Shown here: piece after piece, positions 41,601-55,026 of the stretch | How the letters are laid out: every line of letters begins with the position of its first letter | Numbering within the stretch: position 1 is the first letter of the stretch | Assembly: GCA_964016885.1 (NCBI GenBank) | Contig: OZ024743.1 | Coordinates: forward strand, 37,696,001-37,760,000 | Length of the DNA: 64,000 nt | DNA from: Eledone cirrhosa | Lineage: Eukaryota | Direction: 5' to 3' | The notes under the pieces: generated by a model | Database searches by the model: none | The model's input: only the letters and a program-made list of their open reading frames with translations | What the model was told of the DNA's origin: nothing | Translations under genes and position numbers: made by a program

Positions 41601-43061
41601 GACACTGTCCGTATTTTCAGCAATGATATATGTATGCAATTTGGTATTAGTAAGTGTGGAGTCCTTGTGATGAAGAGGGGTAAATTGAGCAGAAGTAACG
41701 GAATCCAGGTACCAACAGGTGAGATGATAAAGGAAATTGACACTGAGGAAGGATACAAGTATTTGGGTGTTCTGAAGGCTGATGGCATCAAGAACAAAAG
41801 AATGAAGGAATTGATAATATCTGAATACATTCGGAGAGTAAGGAGCGTATTAGAGTCACATCTGAACAGTATGAACGCCATAAGTGCAGTCAATTCCCGA
41901 GCTGTGTCTATTATTAGGTACAGTGCGGGAATTCTGAGATGGAATGTTGCTGAACAAAAAGAAACGGATAGGAAGACTAGGAAGCTATTGACTATCTACA
42001 ACGTGCTCCACAAGAGGAGTGATGTCGATAGACTCTACTTAAGGAGATCTGAAGGTGGAAGAGGTCTTATCAGCATAGAGGACTGTGTTCAGATGGAGAA
42101 AAACAACCTACACAATTACGTCACTGATAGTAAGGAGCCAATGCTCAGAATTGTACTGAAGGAGAGGACAATAGACCAGGGGATGTCCAAAGAGGAAATA
42201 ACAACAAGGAGAAAGAGCAGCCTTCATGAAAAATCCATTCATAGTACCTTCTTTGAGAAAACTGAATTCAGAGATCCACAGACATGGAACTGGTTGAAAA
42301 GAGGAGACCTTCAAAAGGCTACAGAAGTAATGCTAATGGCTGCGCAAGAGCATGCCCTCAAAACGAAGTGGTTGAAACACCATATTTACAAGGAAGAGGC
42401 TAGCCCACTGTGTAGGATCTGTGGAGAGAGAGAGAGGAGACCGTGGCTCACATTGTATCCGAGTGTAAACCCCTAGCCCAGACTCACCATAAGGGCTGGA
42501 GACATGATGTGATGTGCAGGGTAAACCACTGGCACCTATGCAAAGTAAACAATTTACCACATTCTGAGAAGTGGTATGAGCATAAGCCAGAGTCGGTGAT
42601 AGAAAACGATCAGGTGAAGGTGCTGTGGGATTTTAGGATACAGACGGACAAGAAACTGGAACACAATAGACCTGACTGGTGGTTTGGGACAAAGAAAAAA
42701 GATCTTGCCTGATTGTGGATGTGGCCTGCCCATTCGACACGAGAGTGCAAGAGAAGGAGAGGGAGAAAATTAACCGGTACCAGGACTTAAAGTGGGAGGT
42801 AAAAAGGATTTGGAACTGCCATGAAGTCAAAGTGGTCCCGATTGTCATAGGCGCACTAGGTACTATCTCAAAAGGTTTCCAGGGATGGTTAAAGAAAATT
42901 GGCCCATTCACGCTTTTTGGAACGCTTCAAAAGGCATGCCTGCTGGGAACAGCAATATCCCTCCGATACGTCCTGAATATCTGAGGCTGCAGGTAGTGGC
43001 GTGATATTCATTTCATCGAACTTTCCAGTTAACTAACATCAATGACTGGGACTCAAAGAAC
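38601..43061 (+). mobile_element. Dong/R4-clade element copy 2, apparently full length (long leader plus single decayed ORF), ending in (AAT)6
   Basis: Leader 38601-39538 (repeated before copy 3); ORF remnants 39539-42984; short 3' UTR ending ctcaaagaac(aat)n. Confidence 0.9.
39539..42984 (+). pseudogene. Dong RT-CCHC-RLE polyprotein, several stops and frameshifts
   Basis: WTKELNRTVMQCY..GYRKRM; PWWKKRL; WIDYKKAFDMVPH; QGDSLSPLLF; HLLFMDDLKLF; YKYLG; GGRGL; CCHC; RPD..D..E.EK endonuclease. Confidence 0.92.
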
Positions 43062-43331
43062 AATAATAATAATAATAATGATTTCATTTATTGGCCACAA
43101 GGGCCGACATATAGGGGACAACACAATAGACAGGGACAGTGGGGGTTTACATAGAGATCGAGTAAGTATAAATAACAAAAAACAAAATAACAATAAAAAT
43201 ACAACAATGAAAGTTCCCCAATAAGAGGGATCACCACCCAGGGTTGACTCAAGCATCCCACCAGTCCTGAGCCACCCGACGCTCCTAGGGCACCCGGGAA
43301 GGGCACCCCTCTCCTTCTCGAATTCACCAGC

Positions 43332-46300
43332 CTACAGGCGCATGATCAGAGTAGGCCCACTCACGCGGGCCATTCTCGCCACATTCACCCACCTTTCAGT
43401 AAATGTACTGGGGGGCAGCACTTCTCTCTCCACCCTCACCTTCCTTTCCAAGTGAAACTTGAAGAAGTTGATGAGGGATTGGCCGAAGAGAAAAGTGTCT
43501 GTCTTCAGTCCTTTCAACCTGGTCCACCATGCAACCTCTTTCGCTACTGCCACCAGGCAGAGGAAAATTGCCTGCCCTTCCTGACCAAAAAAAGGCAGCG
43601 GGTCAATCTTCACTATGGACTCGGACGATAGCCGGATCCGTTCTACACGCGACAATAGCTGTTCGACATAACCCCACAAGTCAGCAATGCACGGACACTG
43701 GACGAGTGCGTGCAGAACGGTTTCGTCGCTCTGCGCGCATCTCGGGCAGGTTCGTCTGACAGCACTTCCGTGCCTGTAGAGTTTATCCCGAACCGGCAGC
43801 GCCCCCAGGTAGCACTGCCAAGCGAGGGATTTCTGGAAGTTATCCATCGTCCCCGGCTCGAAAGTCCTCCGGAACATACTGGTCAGTTCTACTTCGTTGA
43901 CGCCTAGAGCCTCTCCTAGTACGTCATCGTACTTGCCCTCCACTAATCCTCTATAGAAATCTTGAGTGGAAGTTCCACTGACCGAATTGCCCACCTTGCA
44001 GAGTTCAGTGAGCGCCTGGCAACATTCCAGATGCCAGTCGCCCAGTCTCGGTCTCTTCTTGACCCAGGACTGCAGCTCAGTCAAAGAGATGAGCTGCGGA
44101 AAGGCCCGTCTAACAAACGGCGACCACACCTGTTCACCGTTTAGGCAAAATATCTGGAGATGTCGCAGCCTCAGCGCATGTCTGCGCATCATTAGCCACG
44201 GCATGCCCAGCCCTCCACGAAGAGGGTGCTGGCAGCAGATGGACCGCCTCACCAACGGGACCCGTCCCCTCCACAAAAATTTGAAAAGGAGCCGTTCCAA
44301 ATTGGCGAGGCGTGGACGGGGGCAAGGCACGACGGTCAGGCGGTAGTAGATGACGGACGCGATGTACGCGTTTGCCACCTCCGCCCGCCCTTTCAGTGAT
44401 AGCTTTCTCTCAGCCCATTTCTGGGTGAGGTTGGCTATCCTGCCCGTCACCTCGTCCCAATTCTTATCCACCTGGAGGTCTGGTCCGAACCAAACCCCGA
44501 GCAACTTTACCGGTCCGTCTGTCCAGCGCCCAACGACGCTGTTGGACGGCATGGACTTGCCTCTCCAGGTGCCGAGCTGCAAGCCCACCGACTTTTCCGG
44601 GTTAAGTTTTGCTCCCGTCAACCTTTCATATTCCTCCAAATGGGTGCGGATCACCTCGATTTCCGAGGTGTCCGACACCATCACGGTGATGTCGTCCGCA
44701 TAAGCGGACGCAGCCTTTCTACGTCCCGGTTCGAGCGGGATGCCCTGCAACAACTCCAGCTTCCGCAGTAGAGGCTCAAGAGTCAATACGTACAGAAGTG
44801 AGGAGAGAGGGCACCCTTGACGGACCGATCGAGAGATCTGAAACGGTTCCGAGAGGTGGCCATTAACTTTGACCACCGAGCAGATGCCGCTGTACATTGC
44901 AGCAATCCAGCTTATAGACGGGGCCGAAGCCAGCCGCCTCGAGGACAGCCTCCAAGTACCGATGGTCGACCCTATCGAATGCTTTCGATTGATCTAAATT
45001 GATCAGAGCCCCACCGAAGCCAGGTTTGCACCCAACCCTCTCTATGATGTATCGCATGAGGTGGAGGTTGTCGTGTATGGACCTGGTCGGGATTGCGCAA
45101 GTTTGCGCCTCCCCAACCAAATCTTTGACGACAAGCGCCAACCTTTTCGCTAACACCTTGGCCAAAATCTTAAACTCTGTGTTGAGCAGGGTTATGGGCC
45201 TGAAATTATCTAGTGTGTCCCTCTTGTTCTCGTCTTTCCTTATCAGCGTCACTACGCCACGGCTCACAGAACTGGGAATGCTCCCGTTCTGCTGCCAGTT
45301 GCAGTAGAGCGCTTCGAGGAGATCGGAGAACAAGTCTGGCATATTTACGTAAAGCTCGTAGGGCAGACCATCCAAACCGGGTGACTTGCGACTCGAGCAG
45401 CCGACAAGGGCGTCCTGAATTTCGACTGATGTTATCGGCTCTTCGCAGCGCTCAGCGTCGGCCGTCGAGAGGCGTGGCAAGCCGTCGAGGTAGGGACTGA
45501 AGTCCGCCGCCGTCTCCGACTCACCCATCCTCCCGAACAATCGAGCAAAGTGCTGGCGAAAGGCCTCACACATCTGCTTGGAATCGCTCAGTTCGTGTCC
45601 ATCTCGAACCGTCAAAGACCGAATTGTGGTTTTATTTCCACGCTGCGTCTCTGCAAAGCGAGCCCATCGGGCAGCTTTGGTTCCCTCGTTCCTCAGAGCA
45701 CGCGCCTTAGCTCTGACAATGCAACCTTCGTGTTTCGCATTGAAGAAATGGTCTAGTGCCATTCTCGCCGCTAGCAAGTCTGTTGCAATGCCACTACAAA
45801 TAGCCTCGTCTAACTTAGCTATCAGCCCCTCCTCCTTTCTATTTTTCTCTATTGCTACTTCTTTGCTAAATCCTATCGAGGTTGCTCTAATCTCTCTTTT
45901 GAGAGCCCCCCACCACCTGTTGTTGACAACCCCCCCTGTCAACTTTTGCTTAACTAAGTTGTTGACCCGGTCCCTGTAAGCTTTACGTGCCGGAAACGAC
46001 ATGTTTAGCTTCCAGTAGCTAGGTCCTAACCTACGTGTCTTATCTAGGTCGACCATACAGATCACAAGCTTGTGATCTGAATAGGCAACCGTTTTAAAAT
46101 GTGGACATCCTACACTATTTCTATCTCTTTTCCTAATGAAAATCCTATCTATGTACGATCTAGATGACCCTATGCGATTGGTCCAGGTCCATACTGGCGC
46201 ATTAGGGAAATCTAGTCGGTACCTGTCAGACAGTTGAAACTGGCTGATCAGGTACTTGAGTCTTTTGCACCCCCCGCTCCTATCAGATACTCCCACACAA

Positions 46301-46749
46301 TCCCAGCGTGCTTCTAAGATGCCATTCCAATCCCCTATTAACAGTAAAGGGCGAGACGTAAGCAGAAAGTTTTCCAGGCGCCCAAAGAAGTCCGGCCGAC
46401 CGGCCCCAGTAGGGGCGTAGACGGCCACCAGTCTAAAGGCACCACCTTCGCTATTGCTCACGTCCAGGACCACCAACTTTCCGTCAGGATCCCGGAAGAT
46501 TGACCTTACCTCGAGATCCAGACATTTCCTAAACAGCACAGCCACTCCACCTCCCATTCCCGGCCGACTAACAGATGCAAAGATCTGATAATCGTCGAAA
46601 ATCGGCGCCAGTGCGCGTGTGTCGGAAATTCTGGTCTCGCTGATGGCAATTACATCCATTCCTAGTGACCTGAGGTCGTTGAGCAAGTGACCTTGCTTCC
46701 AGGGCGACCCCAGGCCACGAACATTTAAACTTCCTACTCTTATGGCCAT
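43332..46749 (-). pseudogene. Tx1-B ORF2 (APE-RT-Cys-rich), one frameshift at ~44915
   Basis: 628-aa and 521-aa ORFs; SLNVRGL, GDWN, YSDH, RQGCPLS, YADD, CPRC..ETVLHALVQC. Confidence 0.93.
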
Positions 46750-46778
46750 GCTGGCAGGATGAATGGGAGAGGAAAGGT

Positions 46779-48692
46779 TTACTTACCTTCCGGGGTCTTG
46801 TGAAGGTCGGGTGGTTCGACCTCCATGGTTTGTGGGGTTTCTTTTGGGAACCCCTTTAATAGTCTTGAAGTGGGTTTTACGTTCGGGGTTCCCACATCCC
46901 GAGGAAAGCTCTTTCGAATTTCTTTGTATGAAGCGAGCGACATTCGCATCAGAAGCAAATTATCTGGTACGCGAAATGTGCTCGCTTCAAATGTTTCCCC
47001 CTCTTTTTCGATGTTTGTGCTTCGTGCTACATGGGCCATCAATTCCTTGTTGGCCCTTCTGGCAAGCACGAAGTTTTTAATGTTTTGTTGCTCGGGTTTT
47101 ATTTGTTCGTGTGATTGTGGTGGTGATAGCTTTGTTAGTGTTGTTTCTATTGTGTCTGCGTTTGTTGTGGGTGGGGTGTCTGTAGTTTCTGATGTTTGTG
47201 TGTCTATTTGTTCTTGTGTCTGTTTAGCTTGTTTGCGTTTGGGGGATTTTGGTGGTTGTGTTGGTGATGCTGTGGGGAAAATGTTTGTGTGGGTGGTGTG
47301 TGTATTTTTTTTTTGTGGGGGTGTTTGTGCTTTGTGGATTTCTTTTTGTTTGGTTTTTTGTTTTTTGTATTTTGGGGGACTTTGGTTTTCCCTCATCTTC
47401 ACTGCTGGAGGATGAGGGGTCTGTGGCTGTGAGCGTGTTTGTGTCTGAGTGAGTGTTTATGTTCTTGTTCGTGTGTGTATTTTTGGGGGGGGAGGGGGAA
47501 TGGGAGAGCTTTCCTCGTTTCTCCCCTGGGTGTGCAATTTTGGTGGTTCCATTGTTGACGGTGTTGCTGGTGGTCCTTGTCCCGGCGTCGCCAGCAGTGG
47601 AATCTTTCGACCCCTTGCGCTTTTCGGCAGTTGAGGGCAGAAGGCTCGCAAGTGTGTCGTTTCCCCACAAAGGAAACAATGCGGCCTTTTGCCCTCAGTC
47701 ATTATATGCAACACCCTCCCGTTTTGGAGGCGGATGTGGTCCGGGATTGCTTTTACGTTTTCGGGTCTGATTTGGAGCAGTATCTCCAGATCAACCCCGG
47801 ACCAGTCGTCCCTGGCAGTTCTCGTTGCCTCTACCGGGACTGTATCCGTTCCTTCCACGATTACGCAACCCAGGAGCCACCACATATCAAGTCCTGGTGG
47901 AATCCTGGGAATGCGCACACGTGCTATTCTTTTTCCCATGTGGGAGGGGTACATTATGATCTTGCTGGTTTTGCAAGGGGTCATTGAATGCTTCACAGCG
48001 AGGGATTCAGACTTGAACAGCACCGAAACGGTGCCGTATTGCCTGCCCCTCTCTATGAAGTCTGTGTCCTCTCTGATGTATTTCAGTGCGGCTTCTATAT
48101 CAGCTTGGGCGATTATCGCTGCCCTCTTTGTCTCTACTGAGATGCATCTGAAATGCACCGTTCTTTTTTCCACTGCCTCAATGGCTTCTGCCGGGACAGT
48201 TAAGTTTGCCCAGGTCTGCTCTTGATTTATGATTTTCCAGGCCTGGGCCAACTTTTCCTCTCTGTTGGTTAAGTCGATGCTGTAGCATGGTCTACTTTTA
48301 GCCGCTGCCACAGCAGCGAAGGTGTTCTTGTTGGTGTTGTCACTGTTGTTGTTCTTGTTGGTGTTGCTGCTTCTATTGCTGTTGTTGTTCTCCCCTGTGT
48401 CGTGGTTACCCTCTGTGCTGTTGGCCTTGTTGGTGCTGCTGCTGTCGCTACTATTACTCTCTGTGCTGTTCGTTTTGTTGGTGCTCTCGCCATTACCACC
48501 TTCTGCGCTGTTCGGCTTGTTGGTGTTGGTGTTGTTGCTGTTACCACCTTCCGCGCCGCTCGGCCCGTTGGTGCTGGCACTGTCGCTGCTCACACTCGTG
48601 CTGGTGGCGTTCCTCGCCCCACCTCTCCTCTCAACGCTCAAGTCGCCGTTGCACGACAGCAGACCCGCCTCTAGGGGGCGTGGCTCCGCCAT
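46779..48692 (-). pseudogene. Tx1-B ORF1 (CCHC knuckle), shifts at homopolymers
   Basis: MAEPRP..., N/S/T-rich repeats, CFLCGETTHLRAFC. Frame changes fit the G run at 47485-47492 and the T10 at 47305-47314. Confidence 0.87.
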
Positions 48693-48903
48693 GTTTTTTT
48701 GAGAAAAAAAATTATTATTTTTCCAAAATAAAGTTCAAATATTTGGGCCAAAAGGCCCAAATATTATGAGTTATTCCTTCACAGGATACAAATGAATGTC
48801 TTATAATGCTTCAGCGGTACAAAAAAATAAACAATTCTCCACAATTAATCCTCAAAAAATTGCTTACTCACGGAGCTTCAAAAAACGTACATCCACTTTC
48901 GTC

Positions 48904-48933
<30 letters not shown>

Positions 48934-48934
<1 letters not shown>

Positions 48935-50227
48935 TAGCGAAGAAAATGCACATGGTGGATATATATCGTTATGGAATCGCTCCCATAAGGTTTTGATTTT
49001 TACTTATTTAAAACAACTGTGATAGAATAATTCTTATTACAAATGATGTATAACATTACAGTTTTTTACGCTCAGCAAGCCATAGCACATTAATTTACGG
49101 CATAGGGCCCTAATATTTAATATTTAATTTTGGATCAGAAATGTTATAGTCGAAAAATAGAAAAATGGCTAAGTGAACAGACAGGTAAATAATTTCACCA
49201 CCAACACCACCGCCGCCACCACCATCACCACTACCACGCCAAAAACTCTAGTCAAGTTACCTCAACTTCTATTTCTACTTCAACATCAACACCATCACTA
49301 CAGTACTACGATCACACCACCACCACCACCTGCCGCTATTCTCTCCCACTACCTCCTGCTAAGTACTACTAGCACATCACCACCACTGCCTCATTATCGC
49401 TACCGCCGCTATTTATGTTCGTCTACAGCGTGATAGTGCCACGCTAAAATTACCGAGGGTGATGAAATCACCGGTGGTGATGTAAACATACATTCACTAA
49501 TCCTCGATATGAGTGTTTAAATGTCGAACCTAAACAGTTCGAATAACGGTGAAGAGGATATTGGAACGTTATGTTACAGACTCTAACCCAGCAGGTGCTC
49601 CCTGGCCCAGCAGCAGGGACCTGTCATCCAAATACTGCTGGTGTTGGAGGAAGAAGAAGGAAAGGGACCAGAACCAACTGGACGAAAGACTTGAATAAAA
49701 CTGTTATGCAATGTTACCTGAAAAGTAATCCCAAAGGAAAAAGGCTATAGGAAACGGATGCATAACTTCTGGAACGAGATTGGTCTATTTAAATTAGATG
49801 AACAAAAATTGGCCGGGCAGGCTCGGGTAATAAGAACTACTGGATGGATAAGTGATCTGGAACTGGAGGAACTGAGCAGAGAGATTAGTTTGGAAATGGA
49901 GAGTGGAGTATGCCAGGCAAAGGAGCCAGTGGGAAATGAAGTTGAAGAGGTTGAGAGAACGGAGGAAGCATCCGAAGCACCCAATGATCTGAATGCTGAA
50001 ATAAATAATACCTGTAACAAATATACGGCCATTGAGGAAATGAATGCTGACGGGCTAGGAAAAGATTTAGTTGATATCCGAAACTTAGTGGTAGATGAAA
50101 TGAACAATGATAGTGGGAAACTTATGAACCTAAGATTTGTAGACAGCAAAAAGTTAAAAGAAACAACAGCTACGGTAAACAAAGTCATCCCATACCTTGA
50201 GGCGAGGAACCTTCACCAATGCAACAC
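48934..50227 (+). mobile_element. Dong/R4 copy 3 (leader and ORF N-terminus only)
   Basis: Homologous to 38601-40275, with ~350 bp missing from the leader; fused directly to Tx1-C. Confidence 0.9.
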
Positions 50228-53200
50228 TTCACTCTCTACACTGATTTTCCTTTTCAAATGACATTTGAAAAAGTTAATCAGGGCATCACCGAAGAGGTAA
50301 TTGCTGGTCTTCAGCCCTTTCAGACGCATCCACCATACTATCTCTTATGCCATGGCCACCAGACAGATAAAAACTCCCTGTCCTTCCCGGCTAAAGGAAG
50401 AGGGGCAATCCTCACGATGTACTTAGCTGATAGCCCGATCCTTTCTACACGCGACAGCAGGTGTTAGACATTAACCCATATGTCAGCAATGCTCGAACAC
50501 TGGACGAGTGCGTGCAGGACGGCTGATGGCACTTCCATTCCTGTAGAGTTTATCCCGAACTGGCAAAGCTCCTCGGTAGCACTGCCAGGCCAGGGATTTC
50601 TGGAAGTTGTCCATAGGCCCGGCCAGAAAGTTCTTCCGAAGAGATTGGCTAGTTGATTTTCGTCGAGGCCTAGAGTTTCCCCAAGTACGTCGTCGTTCTT
50701 CTCCTCCACTAATCCTCTATAGAAAGCCAAGGTGGAGTTTCCACCGATCACATTGCTCGACTGGACGAGGGCTGAGAGCACCTGAAGACATTTCAGTCTC
50801 CAAGCACTCCTTCTAGGTCTTCGCTTGACCCAGGACTGAAGCTTCGTCAAGGATACGAGCTGGGGAAAGACGCGTCTAACAAACGGCGACCACACCTGAT
50901 TACCGTCGAGGAAGAGGTGGAGATGTCGTAGCCTGAGCACCTGTCTGCGCATCATCAGCCACGGCATGCCCACTTCTGCACGTAGCGGGTGTTGACAGCA
51001 GATGGACCGCCTGACCATCGGAGCGCGTCCCTTCCACAAAAAGCGAAAGAGCAAACGCTCCAGTGCAGCCAGGCGAGGCTTAGGACAAGGTACGACGGTC
51101 AGGCGGTAGTAGGTGACACTTCCGCTCGACATTTCGGGGATATGTTCCTCTCTGCCAATTCCTGGGTGAGAGAAGCCACGCTAATCATCACCTCGTCCCA
51201 GTTTTTGTCCGTCTGGAAGTCCGTACCGAACCAAACCCCTAGCAATTTAACCGGTCCGTCCAGCACCCGACGACGCTGTTGGACTGCATGGACCTGCCTC
51301 TCTAGCTGCTGAGCTACAGGCCCACCGACTTCTCCTGGTTGATCATTGCTCCTGTCACCGCTTCGTATTCTGTTAGTGTAGTACCAATCGCCTCGATGTG
51401 TTTGGCGTTCGACACCACTACGGTGACATCGTCCATATTTGCTGACACAGATCTAATTCACGCGGGACCCCCTTCAATCGTCTCTAGTTTGTGCAGTAAT
51501 GGCTCGAGAGGCAATACGTACAAGAGGGACGAGAGGGGATATCCTTGGCGGACCGAGCGCATGATGTTGAACGGTTCCGAAAGGTGACCGTTCACTCTCA
51601 CCACAGAGCAGATGTCACTGCGTATGGCAGCGATCCAGCCTCTGAAGACGATCCCAAAGTCACCCGACCTCAGGATTGCCGCTAGAGGACGATGGTCGAC
51701 CCTACCGAAAGCTTTCGACTGATCTAAATTGATCAAGGAACCACCCGTGCCAGGCAGCCTAGCTACCATCTCTACGATGTATCGCATGAGGTGGAGGTTG
51801 TCGTGGATGGATCTGTCGGGAATGGTGCATGTCTGTGACTCTCCCAGCAGACCACCAACGACAAGCGCCAACCTCTTTGCTAGCACCTTGGCCAAATCTT
51901 GAACTCTGTGTTTAGCAGAGTTATGGGCCTGAAATTATCTATGTTATCCCCCTTGTTCGGATCCTTTCTCAGCAGCGTCCCCGATTCTCAGCTCACAGAG
52001 CTGGGAATTCTCCCGTTCTGTTGGCAGTTGCAGAGGACGTCCGCCAAGAGGCCTCCGAACAAGTCTGGTATCTGTACGTAAAGTTCAATGGGCAGACCAT
52101 CCAAACTAGGCGATTTACCCCTTGTGCAGCCAATCATTGCCTCCTGTACTTTAGCGTCTGTTATCGGCTTTTCGCAACATTCCGCCTCAGTAGGCGAGAG
52201 CCGCGGCAGTCCGTCGAGGTAGGCACTAAAGTCCATCCCTCGATCCGGCACGCCGCTGCCCCCGAACAGCTCAGCGAAGGTCGAGTAGCATGCGCCCGTC
52301 GTGGTCCACCAAAGACCGGATCGGGGCTTTGTTGCCACGACGCGCTTCCGCCACTCGGGCCCATTGAACGGCTTTCATCCCCTCGTGGCTGAGAGCACGC
52401 ACCCTAGCTCTGACAACGCAGCCTTCGTGCTTTGCGTTGAAGAATTGGTTAAGGGCCAATTTCGCCACAAGTACGTCGGTCGCGATGCCTTTACTAATCG
52501 CCTCGTCTAATTTTCTAACTAGTTCTCCCTCTCCTCTATTTTCTCTATTGCTAAAGCCTTACTAAACCTAATGGACTCTATTCTAATCGCTCTTTTCGGA
52601 GCAATCAACAATTTGTTTTTGACGATGGCTCCCGTCAACGCCCGCTTAACTAGCCCACTAATCCGTTTTCTGTCGACCTTGCGCGCTGTTAATGACGCGT
52701 TTAGCTTCCAGTAGCGAGGTCCCTGTCTATGAAACCTATCTAAGTCAACCTCACAGATCACGAATTTGTGGTCCGTGTAGTCGACTATTTTGAAATGTGG
52801 ACAACCTATACTAGACCTCTCTATTTCCCTACAAAATACCCTATATAGATATGATCTGAATGACCCGACGCGGTTTGTCCATGTCCACATTGGCGCATGC
52901 GGGAAATCCAGATGGTACCTGTCAGACCGTTGAAACCGTCTGTGAAGGTTTGCGGGGCTTTTACAACCTCCTCCGCTATCCGCAAATCCCACACAGTCCC
53001 AGCGTGCATCTAAGATCATGTTTCAGTTATCCACTAACACTAAAGAGCGGGACGTTCCAAGAAAGGTCTCCAGACGCCGGAAGAAATCAGGTCGCTTTGC
53101 TGCTGTCGGGGCATAGACGGCCACTAGCCTGAAAGCTTGCCAGTCTGCGCTGGTCACTTCCAGCACCACCAACTTACCTTCTGGGTCCAGGAAGATGGCC

Positions 53201-55026
53201 CGTATGGCGAGATCCAAACCTCTCCGAAAATTCACAGCAACCCCCCCCCCCCGATCCAGGACGGCTGGGGGATGCGTACACATCGTAGCCATCGGAGATT
53301 CTGGTTTCGCTGATGGCCACCACATCTATGTTTAGTGACCTGAGCTCGTTGAGCAGGTGGCCCTGCTTCCATGACGCCCCCAGGTCACACACATTTATGC
53401 TGCCTTATGAATCCTCCTGGAGAGTATTTGTCGAAAGTCTCCGATGTCCTTGGGGAATTTTGTTTTAGTGTCGTGTACGTTTCTGTGTGATGCGAGTGAT
53501 TTGTATGTGTGGAGGTGGTTTGAATTTTTGGGGTGTTGTGTAGTCTTTTTGTGTGATGCTGGTGTTGTGTTGGATGTAGTGTAATAATTGATTGTTGTTC
53601 AAATTTAATGCTGTGTAGTGTGTATCGTTTTGGTTGTTTTGTTTTGTTTGTGTTTGTTGTGGGTTTGTTTCTGTTTCGCTTTTTGGTGACTTTTGTGGTG
53701 TTGGTGATGATGATGTTGGGGTTAATGATGGTGATGGTGTTGGTGTTTGTGGTGATGCGGTTGGTGATGCTGGTGTGGATGATGGCATAGCTGTCTTCAC
53801 TTTTTTGTTTCTTTGTTTATTTGTTTCCCCCTGCATTTGTTTTTGGAGGGGGAAGGAAGAGGATTCTTTCTTTTGGGGGGGATTCTTTTTCTTTTTTTTC
53901 TTTTTTCCTGATACAGTTTCCCACTCCTCGTCGTCACAATCTGTCTCCAGTTGCGATAGGTCGGGGAGTGGAAAATCCTCCACAGGCTATGGTTTTGGTT
54001 GCGGCGTGGTGGATGGTGGAGGCGATGGTGCTAGTTCTGGTGCGGTGGGTGGTGGTGGTGTTGGTTTTGCTACTGTTCCTGGGGTTGTTGTTGCTACACT
54101 TGCTTTTGTTGTTGCTGCTACAGTTGTTGCTGCCATTTCTGCTGCAGTTGGTGTTGATGGTTGAGTAACTGGGGTGGGTAAGAGAGGTGGCCTCAACTTT
54201 TTAGCCTGAGGGCAGAAAGCCTTTAGGTGGGTTCCTTCACCAGAAACTACACACCTAGGCCTTCTACCCTCAACGATTACGGTGAGGTAGCTGCCGTCAT
54301 TGAAGTCTATCACCTCTGGAATTTCCTCAATGTTTTTTTGGTCCGCTTGGATCAGGAGCTCCATCCCAGATCCGGACCAGTTCTCCTGCTTTTCTTTTGT
54401 TACTTCAATTATTTTCGTGTTGGCCTCGATGCCGGCGAGGACGGCAGCCATTATCCAGGGAATTTTGATGGCCGGTGGAACATGAGTCACCCTGATCTTC
54501 ACGAGTCTCTGACCACAATAGCTTGGGACGAGTGTGAAGTCGTCACTTCTTAATGGGGCCATGGAGTGCTCTCTGGCTTCCTGTGGTGTTCCAAAGAACA
54601 CGATACAATTATTTTTTATTTTTGTTTCTGTTGTCGCTGTGGTGGTGGTTATTGGTAATGGCGGGAAATGAATGTCAGCATGTGACAAATGTAAATTATT
54701 GCCACTGCTTATATTTTTAGTATTGGCAACCGTAGTAATATTTACAATGGTGTTGGTGTGAGATGTTAGTTTGTGAGGAAAGCTGTCAGCTTCGTATGCT
54801 GTGAGCCGTCCATGTTTTTTTAAAGAAAGTTTTTGCTTGATAATTATAAAAGTTTAAATTTTGGGCTCAAGGCCCCAATCTTTGTGAGTATCCTTTTCAG
54901 AAAGTAATATATGTGAACTTATAAACACTTAACAACAACATTTTTCCATAACTGGCAATTTGAAACAATTGAAAACAACAAACCTTTGCGGAGCTCACGA
55001 TAATACGAATTCCTACGTAGGTCGCA
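50228..55026 (-). mobile_element. Tx1-clade LINE copy C (3' end lost, many disruptions), 5' end abuts (AAT)10
   Basis: ORF2 fragments closely resemble Tx1-A; ORF1 with degenerate knuckle CVVSGEGTHLKAFC; ORF1/ORF2 junction deleted at ~53405; (AAT)n at 55027-55056. Confidence 0.9.

Larger units (their letters stand above)
43080..48903 (-). mobile_element. Tx1-clade LINE copy B, full length, flanked by (AAT)6 and (AAT)10
   Basis: Inserted inside the Dong tail; compare the empty junction at 38571-38615. Confidence 0.94.

Noticed and set aside
32861-54553. Numerous 60-200-aa ORFs antisense to Tx1 and Dong coding regions
   Set aside because: Shadow ORFs of GC-rich or low-complexity TE coding strands.
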